DNA of 64,000 bases from Escherichia coli (GTDB lineage Bacteria; Bacillota_I; Bacilli_A; RFN20; CAG-826). The translations under genes and the position numbers were made by a program. The DNA is taken from contig CAVGNR010000004.1 of NCBI GenBank assembly GCA_963630675.1, positions 5,286-69,285 on the forward strand, in the 5' to 3' direction. Of the stretch, positions 1 to 9,472 are shown one piece after another (position 1 is the stretch's first letter; the number at the start of each line of letters is the position of its first letter). Under the pieces are notes generated by a model, which did no database searches, was not told the origin of the DNA, and saw only the letters and a program-made list of their open reading frames with translations.

Positions 1-701
1 ATGCCTGTAAGGATAGCAGCAAAAACGTAACCAGCACCCATACCAACGAGGAATGGAATGAGGGAGAGAGTCTTCTTTCCATAGTGAGCGCATAAAGCGG
101 TCACGATCATAGCCACAAGACCAGAAAGAAGAGCGCACCAGTTATAGGCTTGTCCACTTCCGGTTGCGGTTGTAAGGTTTGCAATAGCACTTCCAGCAAG
201 GGAAAGACCGATAACCATGATTACTGGTCCAACAACAACTGGAGGAAGAAGTTTGTTTAGCCAATTGACGCCGAAGACCTTGATTAAAAGGGCAACGAGG
301 CAATAGACTGCGCAAACCATCAACATACCAACAGGAAGAATCCAAAGATTGATTGTCGAGAAAACGCCATTGTTAATAGTAGCATCAACTTTGATTGCTT
401 CAGACATGGCGGTCATGTAAGCAAAAGAAGAAGCCAAGAAAATAGGAGATCTAAATTTCGTAACGACAAGATAGAAGATAGTGCCAACGCCAGCACTCAC
501 AAGAGTTGGGGCGAGCATTAAGGATGTTAATGGAAGGTTTTGTCCTCCGAAATTAACAGTGATTCCACCATAAACGATAAGTGGAACAGTAACACAGGCG
601 ACGAACATCGCGAGGACGTGTTGAATAGCCAAGATTATGGCTTGACCCTTTTTTTGAGGGAACTCATCAACGTCAAGGATGAGATTTTTGGATTTTTCCA
701 T
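1..701 (-). CDS. NCS2-family nucleobase (xanthine/uracil-type) permease, N-terminal part; the gene runs off the left window edge
   Basis: Absent from the ORF track because it is edge-truncated. Reverse-strand translation from the ATG at 699-701 reads MEKSKNLILDVDEFPQKKGQAIILAIQHVLAMFVACVTVPLIVYGG... followed by successive hydrophobic helices. The QHVLAM...VP motif is typical of NCS2 purine/uracil permeases. Confidence 0.7.
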   Translation of the reverse strand, partial: MEKSKNLILDVDEFPQKKGQAIILAIQHVLAMFVACVTVPLIVYGGITVNFGGQNLPLTSLMLAPTLVSAGVGTIFYLVVTKFRSPIFLASSFAYMTAMSEAIKVDATINNGVFSTINLWILPVGMLMVCAVYCLVALLIKVFGVNWLNKLLPPVVVGPVIMVIGLSLAGSAIANLTTATGSGQAYNWCALLSGLVAMIVTALCAHYGKKTLSLIPFLVGMGAGYVFAAILTG

Positions 702-730
702 GTCTTTTTTTCCTTTCTTTTGATCTCCGA

Positions 731-767
731 ATAAAAAAGAAAACCCCTAGATGAACTGGGGGTTTTA
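731..767 (-). terminator. Intrinsic-terminator-like hairpin inside the 5' leader of the permease gene (possible attenuator or riboswitch expression platform)
   Basis: Minus strand reads AAAACCCCC-agttcatcta-GGGGTTTT followed by CTTTTTTAT. It lies between a candidate promoter (about 905-925) and the permease ATG at 701. Confidence 0.55.
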
Positions 768-930
768 ATTTTTAAAGAGATTCAACAACGAACAACAGCC
801 AGAGAAGGGAAATCTCCCCCTAAGAGCATTCGTTGTTCTTAAGCTTTGACTGTTTCTCATGGTTTTTGTCCTTGAATACTTTAACGAAATCTTTAAATAT
901 TGCAAGAAAAAATTTAAGAAAAGCAGAAAA

Positions 931-1611
931 TTATAAATTCTCCATGATGTGATCAAGAATATGAACACAAGTGCGCACGGCTTCGTCAGTTTTCTTTGAG
1001 TATTCATCCGCTCCGCCAAAGAGAGTATCAGCAACCACCTTGATAAAAAGGGCAGGGATTTTATTTCTTATACATGTTAAAAGAATGCCAGAGGCTTCCA
1101 TTTCGCAAATATCTGCACCGAAATCTTTTGCAATGGCTTGTTTTTCTTCAGCTTTATTAACAAAGCGATCTCCTGAAGCGTCCACTACTTCTAATAAATT
1201 AGGTTCCACTTCTAAAGCTTTCTTCCTTAAAAAGGAATCCGTTTCAAAATTTCTTTCAGGGAATTCAATATGACGACCAACAGGGACGTTGTCCACTTCT
1301 GAAATATCGAAGCGGTAATCGACTACTTCCTTTATGATGCAAACCAACTCATGACTTAATTTTTCCGTTAAAGCACCGACTACACCATAATTCAGAATCA
1401 TTTCCACGCCAAATTCATCAATAAGAAATTGAGTGGACATGGCGGCTTGAATCTCACCAGCTCCGGATTGGAGAACATATAGTACGTAGTTTTCCTTTTC
1501 GTAAAGGGAGACTTCATACCCTTGTTTATTTATTTTTTGGCTTGCTTTGCCGTAAGCTTGCTCAAATGGAGCAAATTCCACAGCAATAATCATTCCGATT
1601 TTCTTTTTCAT
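931..1611 (-). CDS. PNP_UDP_1-family nucleosidase, MTA/SAH nucleosidase (Pfs/MtnN)-like
   Basis: Colinear with MtnN motifs: SGAGEIQAAMSTQFLID (compare SGIGKVNAA), GDRF (compare GDSF), CEMEASGI (compare VEMEAAA) and IKVVAD (compare IRALSD). Confidence 0.7.
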   Translation of the reverse strand: MKKKIGMIIAVEFAPFEQAYGKASQKINKQGYEVSLYEKENYVLYVLQSGAGEIQAAMSTQFLIDEFGVEMILNYGVVGALTEKLSHELVCIIKEVVDYRFDISEVDNVPVGRHIEFPERNFETDSFLRKKALEVEPNLLEVVDASGDRFVNKAEEKQAIAKDFGADICEMEASGILLTCIRNKIPALFIKVVADTLFGGADEYSKKTDEAVRTCVHILDHIMENL

Positions 1612-1625
1612 AAATCTCCTTATGA

Positions 1626-2165
1626 CTAATAACGTAAATCCAGATCGTTTTTCATATACTCAAGGCGTTTATCCTCTACCTTGTCATAAAGCTTAGAGAG
1701 CACCTCCAAATCCTTAAGGATGGTTTTTGATTCTCTTTCAAAAGAATAGTTGAAATCCTCTTCATCGTCCAAGTAACAAAAAGACAAATAAACATGATGA
1801 GCGTAATAATTTCTTTTATGAACGATTTCAAAAAGCGTTTCATAGTCTTCTTCCGAAAGAAAGGGCTCTTCCCAACTTTGGTCATATTCTTTTAAAAGAT
1901 GAACGATTTGTCCTAAAGTAAGTCGTTCTTCTTCTAAACGAATCATATTTTCTTTAAAGCCGCCATCGGCCATGAAAGCATAGATGTACTTAACATCATG
2001 CTCAATGCATTGACAATACATGAGTATTTCACCAACATGCATATGAAATTCTTCTAGTTCCATAGCCATTATTGTGAATGCATTCGTTTGAAAAAGAAAG
2101 TTCAAAGGTTCTTTTTTCGTTTTTTGAAAACGCCTTTCAAATAGAAAAATCCTTGATTCCAACAT
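1626..2165 (-). CDS. Hypothetical protein with a HEPN-like Rx4H motif (KRNYYAHH)
   Basis: 179-aa ORF with GGAAAG just upstream of the start. An R-N-x-x-x-H motif lies at residues 118-123 (nt 1797-1814) in a predicted helical protein. Confidence 0.55.
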   Translation of the reverse strand: MLESRIFLFERRFQKTKKEPLNFLFQTNAFTIMAMELEEFHMHVGEILMYCQCIEHDVKYIYAFMADGGFKENMIRLEEERLTLGQIVHLLKEYDQSWEEPFLSEEDYETLFEIVHKRNYYAHHVYLSFCYLDDEEDFNYSFERESKTILKDLEVLSKLYDKVEDKRLEYMKNDLDLRY

Positions 2166-2543
2166 TCTTTCCTATTAAATAGATTTATGATTGGCTTATT
2201 TTTTATTCACAACTCAAGGTAAAAATTCGTTGGATTTCATTGTTCCAACTATTTTTCTTGAAAGTTTTTCTAAAAGAAAAATTTGTTCATCTTAAAATTA
2301 ACATTACATTTTATGCAGCAAGTTTGAGTATTCGCACTTTAAGTAACAATCATAAAAAAATCTCTTTTTTCTTTATATCAATAAGTCCGCTTCAAAATCT
2401 ATATTTTTTTAAGTTATTTTTAATTAAAAGAAATATCATTTCGTTGTGCCAAATTGTCTGCCATTAAATTGGCGAAAAGTTCCCCTCTTTCGACAATTTG
2501 ACACCTTTTTTATTACATCCATCCCTTTGTATAAAAGGGCTTT

Positions 2544-3347
2544 TTATTTATAGATTTTAACTGAAGCGATAAGCTTTCCTTTTTTGCTTTCCCCCACTAC
2601 TCCTAGGAAAACAAACTTCCCATATCCACGAACGGAAATTCGGCTATTCTCTTTTACTTTAAAGTCTTTTTCTGTAATCGTTTCACCGGATAGAAAAACG
2701 TTTTTCCCGGACAAGAGTTCTTCTGTAACTGATCTAGATAGGTAAAAGACTTCCCCTAAGATGGCGTCGATTCGTAAAGAAGGGATGCGTATTTCTCTTT
2801 CTTCAAATTCTCGATGAATCGGGCAAGATGACGGAGGAACCTTTTCAATTTTAATATAGGTATTCCTAATCTTTTTTAATTCATCAGAAATAACAGAGGC
2901 GTTCGTATCTAACAGGAAAAGGTAGACATCATGGCCTTGAATGAGGATGTCTCCAAATTCATTTCTCTCGAATCCTAAGCTCATTAGAGAACCAAGCACG
3001 TCACGATGAGTCAGCTCTTCGGCATATTTCTCGTTTTTTGGATAAATATGTAAACAAGCGATTGTCGAAGTCTCGTTATTTAAATCATTTTTAAAATCAT
3101 CCAACGAAAAGAAATCCGGTAAGAGAAAGAGGCAAGCAGCATCGTTTTCATCTTGTCCACCGAAAAAGAAATAATAAAGATCACCGATTTTATCTTTTTC
3201 GGTGATGAGTTTGTCTTCCAAAATAATCTCTTTAATAAAGGAAATCTCCGTTTGATTTAAGAATTTTGAAAAAACGGGCATGAAGTATTTTTCTGCCTTA
3301 TTTATCCAATCATGAAGTTTCCCTCTTAGAATATCCTTATTATCCAT
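2544..3347 (-). CDS. ylmH: YlmH-like RNA-binding S4-domain protein
   Basis: The N-terminal region and the C-terminal S4-like segment (RIDAILGEVFYLSRSVTEELLSGKNVFLSG) match the YlmH architecture. Confidence 0.65.
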   Translation of the reverse strand: MDNKDILRGKLHDWINKAEKYFMPVFSKFLNQTEISFIKEIILEDKLITEKDKIGDLYYFFFGGQDENDAACLFLLPDFFSLDDFKNDLNNETSTIACLHIYPKNEKYAEELTHRDVLGSLMSLGFERNEFGDILIQGHDVYLFLLDTNASVISDELKKIRNTYIKIEKVPPSSCPIHREFEEREIRIPSLRIDAILGEVFYLSRSVTEELLSGKNVFLSGETITEKDFKVKENSRISVRGYGKFVFLGVVGESKKGKLIASVKIYK

Positions 3348-3352
3348 AAATC

Positions 3353-4462
3353 TTATTTTAAAGAGAAAAATTCTCGTTTCCCAATTCTCTTTTGGTTAAG
3401 ACACCCCCCTTCCCTCATTTTTTTCAAATAACGGTTAATTGTAGGGATGGATATTTTTGTTTCTTCTTCAATTTCAAAAATGTTTAAACCATAGGAAGTG
3501 AAAATACTTCCAAGCGAAAGACAATATTTTAGTTTTTCGTCATTTTTATCTTTTGGTTGACTATTTTTTAAACATGCATGCTTCTTTTTTGCTAATTCAA
3601 AGGACAAAGAAGAAATCCCATCATGGAAAAAATCAGCACAAAAAGAAACAAAATCGGAAAGATCTCCATGTCCTTCTTTTAAAATTTTAGAAAGCCTTGT
3701 TTCTAATTGCTGCTTGTTTCTTTCGATGAGTTGGCCAAGCGTTAACGCCAATAAAGAATAGTTTTTTTCGAATAAATAGGTCGAAAGGACGTACTTACAT
3801 AGAAAGAAATTTTCATTGTAGTAAGGCATGGAATAAAGAAAGAAAAAGAACACCAAACTCATTTTCGTAAAAACATCAAAAGAAGAATCTAATAGTTGCA
3901 AAGTGAAACTTATTTCTTGAATGATTTCGGCCTCAGAAGACAATCCTAGGTAGTTAGGAAGAAAATTTGTAGTTTCATTAAGAGAAAGTACGTCAGTTCG
4001 AAAAAGATGGAAACACTTGATGTTTTTCCGATGAAAAGCCACATTTCTTTTAAAGACCACTTCTTCATAAACGCGGTTCAGTTCCTGAACATTTCTAGGC
4101 GCTTTTCTTTTTCCTTCGAGCAATTGTTTGTACGCTTCAATGAAATAAGCATTGGAATCTTCTTTTTCATAAATCCAAGAAGCAAATACGCTTTCTCTTT
4201 TTAGTGGAATGAAATGCTCTCTAAAAATCAACTCTAATTCATCAATCGCATTCTCTCTAAGAAAACAATTTTTAGCAAAAGAATCCATTTCATCGAAAGA
4301 ATTTTGTAATGAGCATAGTTCACTCAATAGATTAAAGACCTTGCCTAAATAATCTAAGGAGTATGAAAAACGAAAATCACGATAAGTGATCCCTAATGGA
4401 TTTTCGAGTTGTTTTCTCTTCTCAAGTCCTTCTTCAATTTGATTGGTTAATTTGCTGACCAT
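3353..4462 (-). CDS. Hypothetical protein with a C-terminal winged-HTH; possible degenerate Fic-fold protein
   Basis: 369-aa ORF. The C-terminus ISIPTINRYLKKMREGGCLNQKRIG looks like an HTH. The central SMPYYNENFFLCKYVL occupies the position of the Fic motif HPFxDGNGRxxR, but most catalytic residues are replaced. Confidence 0.5.
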   Translation of the reverse strand: MVSKLTNQIEEGLEKRKQLENPLGITYRDFRFSYSLDYLGKVFNLLSELCSLQNSFDEMDSFAKNCFLRENAIDELELIFREHFIPLKRESVFASWIYEKEDSNAYFIEAYKQLLEGKRKAPRNVQELNRVYEEVVFKRNVAFHRKNIKCFHLFRTDVLSLNETTNFLPNYLGLSSEAEIIQEISFTLQLLDSSFDVFTKMSLVFFFFLYSMPYYNENFFLCKYVLSTYLFEKNYSLLALTLGQLIERNKQQLETRLSKILKEGHGDLSDFVSFCADFFHDGISSLSFELAKKKHACLKNSQPKDKNDEKLKYCLSLGSIFTSYGLNIFEIEEETKISIPTINRYLKKMREGGCLNQKRIGKREFFSLK

Positions 4463-4567
4463 ATTTATACTATAGACTTTGTAATATCATTTTTCCATTG
4501 TTTGATATAGTAATATATTTTTTAGTACATTGTTTACTATAGTCATTTTAATATTTTTTATTCGCAA

Positions 4568-4593
4568 GAAAAAAACACCTGATTACTCAGGTG
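4568..4593 (-). terminator. Rho-independent terminator downstream of the TetR gene
   Basis: Minus strand: CACCTGA-gtaa-TCAGGTG followed by TTTTTTTC. Confidence 0.6.
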
Positions 4594-4611
4594 AATTTTA
4601 ATTTAGTTTCG

Positions 4612-5241
4612 TCAATCAATATTACTCAAAAGGAGTTTAATTGCCTTGCTTACGAATTTATGTCGGTCCATTTCTTTGAAGGTTCCTCTTTCCTTCATCG
4701 AGGCGATTCTTTCTTCCGATGGGCAAATCATTGGATATATTCCATAGAGAGCTGTCGTAAAGAGATTAATGATGTCATCTTTCTCTTGTCTACTTGCCTC
4801 AGGAAATTGAACAGTCAAAGTTTCCATAAAATCACTGTAATAGCCTTTTTCCCATTCTTCACGATATTCTTTAAGATGCTCTGAAGATGAATTTTCTTCG
4901 ATTGCATTCTCATAAGAAGAAATAAGCTTTAAAAGATACAGATGTTTTAAGATAACTTCACTCAACTCGTTTGCAAGCGTTTCTCCGTCTACCTTCTTTT
5001 TTCCAAGAGTTTTTTTAATGTCATTGCCTAAGGAGTTATATTCCCTTAAAAGAATATCCAAGAAGATTTCTTCCTTCGAATGATAGTAGTTATAAATAGA
5101 TGGACGAGAAAGATGAGTCAGGGTAGAAATGCGTAAAAGATTGACATATTCGTAGCCATGTTTTTTATAAAGGCTTTCTGCCGCTTTCATGATATCTTTG
5201 CGGATTTCAAGTACTTTTTCTCGTGTGTAATACTTCTTCAT
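4612..5241 (-). CDS. TetR/AcrR-family transcriptional regulator
   Basis: N-terminal HTH IMKAAESLYKKHGYEYVNLLRISTLTHLSRPSIYNYYHSKEEIF is typical of TetR_N. Confidence 0.8.
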   Translation of the reverse strand: MKKYYTREKVLEIRKDIMKAAESLYKKHGYEYVNLLRISTLTHLSRPSIYNYYHSKEEIFLDILLREYNSLGNDIKKTLGKKKVDGETLANELSEVILKHLYLLKLISSYENAIEENSSSEHLKEYREEWEKGYYSDFMETLTVQFPEASRQEKDDIINLFTTALYGIYPMICPSEERIASMKERGTFKEMDRHKFVSKAIKLLLSNID

Positions 5242-5400
5242 TTTTAATCTCCTAGAGAATTCTATAGGTTAATGACATGTTGTCAATATAATTCGCATCC
5301 TTCTCTATCTTTCGCAATAGAAGTCAGCAAAATATTTTGTAATATCTTTTTTTCTTTAATTTAAATCTAATGAGCAATGTTTGTTATAACGCTCAAATCT

Positions 5401-6903
5401 TTAGCGTCCGCTTGAATGGATCATATCCGATATTTTTCTGGCATTTTCAAACGTGAAATCATCTTTCGTAAAACGATAAGACCAGTTTCTATCAGAAAGT
5501 GTAGATGGGTGATTAATGCGGGCTTCGTTATCTAAATGTAAGAGATCTTGCATACTAATGAAGCAACCTTCCGAAGGATAAGCAAGGGCAATTTGATTCA
5601 CAGTATTTGTTAATTTATCTAGCGTTTCGTCTTCATAATCGACGTGAAGATAGGTTGCGCAATCATGAATTACTTTCTTATATAAAGTAAGATGCTCTTC
5701 ATCCGCTTCCTTTAAAAATCCCATTAACGTTTCATTATCATGCGTTCCTACATAAGTCACAGAATGTTTTGGGGCGTTCCATGGTTTGTTGCTATCGGGA
5801 TAATAATCATTGTTTATAGCAAAAAGAACCACTTCCATTCCGGGATATCCCGTTTCTGTTAACAAATCGATTACGCCTTGGTCAATTACCCCAAGGTTCT
5901 CTGCGATAATCGGAAGTTCTTTTTTGTCCTTAAAGAGATCAAACTTAGGTCCATCGCACCATTCACCGATTCTTGCGTCTTCTCTTCCGAAAGGAATTTT
6001 ATAAAAAGCACTGAAACCTCTAAAATGGTCGATACGAAGCATATCAAATATTTGGAGATTATCGGATATACGTTTATTGAACCACTGGTATTCCGTCTTC
6101 TTTTGGTATTCCCAATTATAAATAGGATTGCCCCATAGCTGACCAAGTTCCGAGAATGCATCTGGCGGAACACCCGCTATAAAAGTAGGTTTATGTTCTC
6201 CATCGAAAAGGAATAATTCAGGATACTTATAAGATTCCACAGAATCATAGGCGACATAAATAGGCATATCTCCCATGATTTTTATGCCATTTTCGTTCGC
6301 GTATTTTTTTAACGCTTTATATTGTTTCAAGAATTCGAATTGTGTCCATATATAAAATAGATAGAGATCGTAATGCTGTGATATGGATTCTTTTTCGCGC
6401 TCAGGGGAATAGTTTTTATCTGCGTCTTCCCAAGAGGAAAAAGGTTGGTAATTATGTATTTCTTTTAAAAGCATATAGAAAGCAAAATCGTGATATTCTT
6501 TTTGCCCCAAGAATTCAGCAAAAAGAGGATCATTTTTGTTAAAACGTGAAAAAGCTTTTTTTAGAATTGGCAAACGTGCATGAAAGAGCATTTGATAATT
6601 CACACGTCTTTCGTCGTTATATAACAAAGAATCATCGATTTCTTCCTTTAAAAGAAGGCCCTCTTCCACAAGAGTATCTAAATCAATGAAATAATAGTTA
6701 AGTCCTTTGCTTGAAGGGGATTGATAAGGGGAATCACCATAACTTGTAACGTTGAGTGGCAACATCTGCCACACTTTTGCACCACTTTCCTTCAAAAAGT
6801 CAACAAAGTAAAAAGCACTTTTCCCCAGTGTTCCAATTCCATGGGGAGAAGGTAAAGAGAAAATCGGTAATAAGATTCCAAAATAAGGGTTGTTTTGTTT
6901 CAT
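5401..6903 (-). CDS. malQ: 4-alpha-glucanotransferase (amylomaltase, GH77)
   Basis: The NPYFGILLPIFSLPSPHGIGTLG...WQMLPL N-terminus and overall colinearity match MalQ. The start is placed at the third in-frame Met, where GGAG lies 6 nt upstream; the ORF track starts at 6915. Confidence 0.85.
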   Translation of the reverse strand: MKQNNPYFGILLPIFSLPSPHGIGTLGKSAFYFVDFLKESGAKVWQMLPLNVTSYGDSPYQSPSSKGLNYYFIDLDTLVEEGLLLKEEIDDSLLYNDERRVNYQMLFHARLPILKKAFSRFNKNDPLFAEFLGQKEYHDFAFYMLLKEIHNYQPFSSWEDADKNYSPEREKESISQHYDLYLFYIWTQFEFLKQYKALKKYANENGIKIMGDMPIYVAYDSVESYKYPELFLFDGEHKPTFIAGVPPDAFSELGQLWGNPIYNWEYQKKTEYQWFNKRISDNLQIFDMLRIDHFRGFSAFYKIPFGREDARIGEWCDGPKFDLFKDKKELPIIAENLGVIDQGVIDLLTETGYPGMEVVLFAINNDYYPDSNKPWNAPKHSVTYVGTHDNETLMGFLKEADEEHLTLYKKVIHDCATYLHVDYEDETLDKLTNTVNQIALAYPSEGCFISMQDLLHLDNEARINHPSTLSDRNWSYRFTKDDFTFENARKISDMIHSSGR

Positions 6904-7016
6904 GGGCATCTCCAAAGAGACAATGGAAATTTTACAACTTTATAGGTATAGAGTTGAACCTTTCTTGTTGGTTTTATTTAGATGTAATACAATTAAGACA
7001 GATTAAGGGACAATTT

Positions 7017-7364
7017 ATGATTGATTTCAATGGTACTAAACCTATTTATCAAGAGATTGTTTCTTTTTATAAAGATTTAATAGACAGAGGTGCTTTAAAG
7101 CCCGGTGAGATAATGCCTTCCGTCCGCGAAGTGGCAATCGAGGAGAAAATTAATCCAAACACTGTTGAAAAAGCTTTCACAATCCTCGTAAAAGATGGCT
7201 ATTTGAAGAATATTCCAAAGAAAGGATTTTTTATCCTGAAAAGAGATGTTCTATTGAGTAAAGAAGAAAGACTAAAAACAACACTATCCGCGTTGTTAAA
7301 AGAAGGATATAAAGCTAAAGAGATACGCCAAGCGTTATCTGAATTGGAGGAGAAAGATGATTGA
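7017..7364 (+). CDS. GntR-family (YtrA-subfamily) transcriptional regulator
   Basis: MIDFNGTKPIYQEIVSFYKDLIDRGALKPGEIMPSVREVAIEEKINPNTVEKAF is a GntR wHTH. AAGGGA lies 6 nt upstream of the ATG at 7017. The longer track ORF from 6756 overlaps malQ. Confidence 0.8.
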   Translation: MIDFNGTKPIYQEIVSFYKDLIDRGALKPGEIMPSVREVAIEEKINPNTVEKAFTILVKDGYLKNIPKKGFFILKRDVLLSKEERLKTTLSALLKEGYKAKEIRQALSELEEKDD

Positions 7365-8259
7365 AATTGTAGGTCTAGATAAGACTTTTGACAAAAAAGG
7401 CAAACCCGTTCACGCTGTAAAGAATCTTACTGTTTCCTTTAAAGAAGGTGTCACAGGATTGGTGGGAGAAAACGGAGCTGGTAAATCCACTCTTTTCCGT
7501 TTGATTGCAGGCATTATCGAAAAGGATGATGGAGAGATTCTTATCGATGGATGCGTTAACACCACGAAAGAAGCAAAATCCAATCTCTTTTTCTTGCCAG
7601 ATGAACCATATGCCCCTGCTCGTTATACGGTTAAAGAGGTTGCTAACTTCTACCATATTTTCTATGACATGGATATGGACAAATTCAAAGAACTGCTCCA
7701 AAAGATTTCTTTGCCAGAAGATCGAAAAATTTCTACCTTCTCCAAAGGAATGAGAAGACAATTGTTCCTTTTAATCGCTTTTTCAATGAAATGCAAAAAC
7801 ATTCTCCTTGATGAAGCCTTTGATGGGTTAGATCCCCTCGTTTTGGATTTAATCGGAGAAGAGATTGTCAAGCTAACCGTGGATGAGAAAAAAACAGTTA
7901 TTCTTTCTTCTCATAATATGTCTTCAATTCAAAAAATAGCGGACTCCATCATGGTTCTCTACCGTGGTTCTTTATCCGAAAAGGAAGAAAAGAATGATAT
8001 GGGAAAAGAATTCGTAAAGTATCAGCTCATCACTCAAGAACCTATTAAAAAAGAGGTTTTAGAAGGACTTGGATTAATCGTTGTTTCTTTAAAAAAGGTT
8101 GGTTCTATCACCACCATCGTTTTCTTAAAAACTCCAAAAATCGAAGATATTATCCGTACGGTATACTCACCCACTCTCATGGAACAATGCCCATTAGAAA
8201 CAAGTGAAATTATCTCTTTGGAATTATTGTTAGCCAAGAAAGGAGTTTTACATGAATAA
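7357..8259 (+). CDS. ABC transporter ATP-binding protein
   Basis: Walker A GENGAGKST, signature-like FSKGMRRQ and Walker B ILLDEAF. Its start overlaps the GntR stop. Confidence 0.85.
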   Translation: MIEIVGLDKTFDKKGKPVHAVKNLTVSFKEGVTGLVGENGAGKSTLFRLIAGIIEKDDGEILIDGCVNTTKEAKSNLFFLPDEPYAPARYTVKEVANFYHIFYDMDMDKFKELLQKISLPEDRKISTFSKGMRRQLFLLIAFSMKCKNILLDEAFDGLDPLVLDLIGEEIVKLTVDEKKTVILSSHNMSSIQKIADSIMVLYRGSLSEKEEKNDMGKEFVKYQLITQEPIKKEVLEGLGLIVVSLKKVGSITTIVFLKTPKIEDIIRTVYSPTLMEQCPLETSEIISLELLLAKKGVLHE

Positions 8260-9412
8260 GAAAGCTTTTATTAAGTGGCAAGTAAAGGAACTTTTGCCTG
8301 TTTACATCATTTCTTTTGCTCTTCTGGCTGTCATTTTTTGGTTTACGATTCTTAATTCTAATTTATTGCCTAAAGTCTTTGAAGGCTACAACCAAGATGG
8401 AACATTGAATAGACAGTATTTATACTATTACAATGCTCTTCCGCCTTTATTTGCTATAGGGGTCCCCGTTATTATTCTTTCTCTCGTTCTTCCTTTTGGA
8501 ACTTTCTCTTATCAAACAAGTCATATTCGTTCTGATTTCTTTTACCAAGTTCCTTTAAAGGAAAAAGAGCTTAGAAGACTTCGCCTTTTGCTCAATTTAG
8601 TGATTGCTTTGATTATTATCAGCGTCGTTTATTGGATTGGTGTGCTTTTCATTTATGTGAGACAAGTCTCCTTGAATGATCAAAGCGATTATTTCAAAAA
8701 CGATCCATTCTTCTACAATTACGTTTATTTCTTACCATATTATCTAGTGTTACTTTTCTCTTTCACTTGTAATTATTTTATTTCTTCTTATTTCGTCTCT
8801 TTGGGAACGAGAACGCTTGATTCCGTCTTCTATTTGATTTTTGGACAGTTCGTTTTAGGGTTAACGGTTTCTTCTTTCTTAGTCCTTATAGCGTGTTTCT
8901 CAATCAATAGCGGAAGCGACACATTAAATAAATTAATGCTTGCTATGCCATCCCCTTCATTCATTGAGCCTATGTATGTCACATTTTTGTTTTCAACATT
9001 GATTCTAAAACAATTCGAAATTACTCAATTGGAAACTATCACTCGTATCGTTTGCTCTTCGTGTTTTGTTTCCCTTGGATTGTTCTTAGGATGGTACATG
9101 CTATTCGGTAAGAAAGATCCATCAGGTGAATATGCTGGAAAAGGAACCCCAGTCAATCTCTATGTTTCTTTATATCCCCACGTTTTTGCTTTCGTGGTTG
9201 GGTTATTCTTAGCTTCCTTTATTGGAACCTTATATTCTGGATTTGGCATTATCGCCCCTATCTTCTTTATCCTTTGGGGTGCAATCTATTATTTCTCTAT
9301 TGTTTTAACAAATGGCGGATTTCATTTTAATTCCAAAAATTGGATTGGCTTCGGAGGAGTCACTATAACCATCATTTTATTAACGATTCTTGCTTGTTGT
9401 GTCCGACAATAA
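8252..9412 (+). CDS. Multi-pass membrane protein, probable permease partner of the ABC ATPase
   Basis: 386 aa with many hydrophobic helices. It overlaps the ATPase stop by 8 nt, which suggests translational coupling. Confidence 0.65.
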   Translation: MNKKAFIKWQVKELLPVYIISFALLAVIFWFTILNSNLLPKVFEGYNQDGTLNRQYLYYYNALPPLFAIGVPVIILSLVLPFGTFSYQTSHIRSDFFYQVPLKEKELRRLRLLLNLVIALIIISVVYWIGVLFIYVRQVSLNDQSDYFKNDPFFYNYVYFLPYYLVLLFSFTCNYFISSYFVSLGTRTLDSVFYLIFGQFVLGLTVSSFLVLIACFSINSGSDTLNKLMLAMPSPSFIEPMYVTFLFSTLILKQFEITQLETITRIVCSSCFVSLGLFLGWYMLFGKKDPSGEYAGKGTPVNLYVSLYPHVFAFVVGLFLASFIGTLYSGFGIIAPIFFILWGAIYYFSIVLTNGGFHFNSKNWIGFGGVTITIILLTILACCVRQ

Positions 9413-9435
9413 TCGACCCATGTATGTAATAAGAG

Positions 9436-9472
9436 AAAAACGATGCCTTATTTTTGAGGCATCGTTTTCTTT
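9436..9472. terminator. Bidirectional terminator hairpin between convergent genes
   Basis: AAAAACGATGCC-ttatttttga-GGCATCGTTTT followed by CTTT. It overlaps the 3' end of the esterase gene. Confidence 0.6.

Noticed and set aside
796-809. CAGCCAGAGAAGGG, which resembles the PyrR-binding loop (UCCAGAGAGG)
   Set aside because: It lies on the plus strand, whereas the permease leader is transcribed from the minus strand. No plus-strand gene follows, so it is probably coincidental.
2240-2467. 75-aa plus-strand ORF in the AT-rich gap upstream of the HEPN-like gene
   Set aside because: Phe/Leu/Ile/Lys-dominated translation of AT-rich DNA, with no RBS. The hairpin at 2523-2539 overlaps the ylmH stop and lacks a clear context.
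6756-7016. 5' extension of the GntR ORF as listed in the track (start 6756)
   Set aside because: The extension overlaps the malQ 5' end on the other strand and looks non-protein-like. The Met at 7017 has an AAGGGA RBS and begins the canonical GntR N-terminus.
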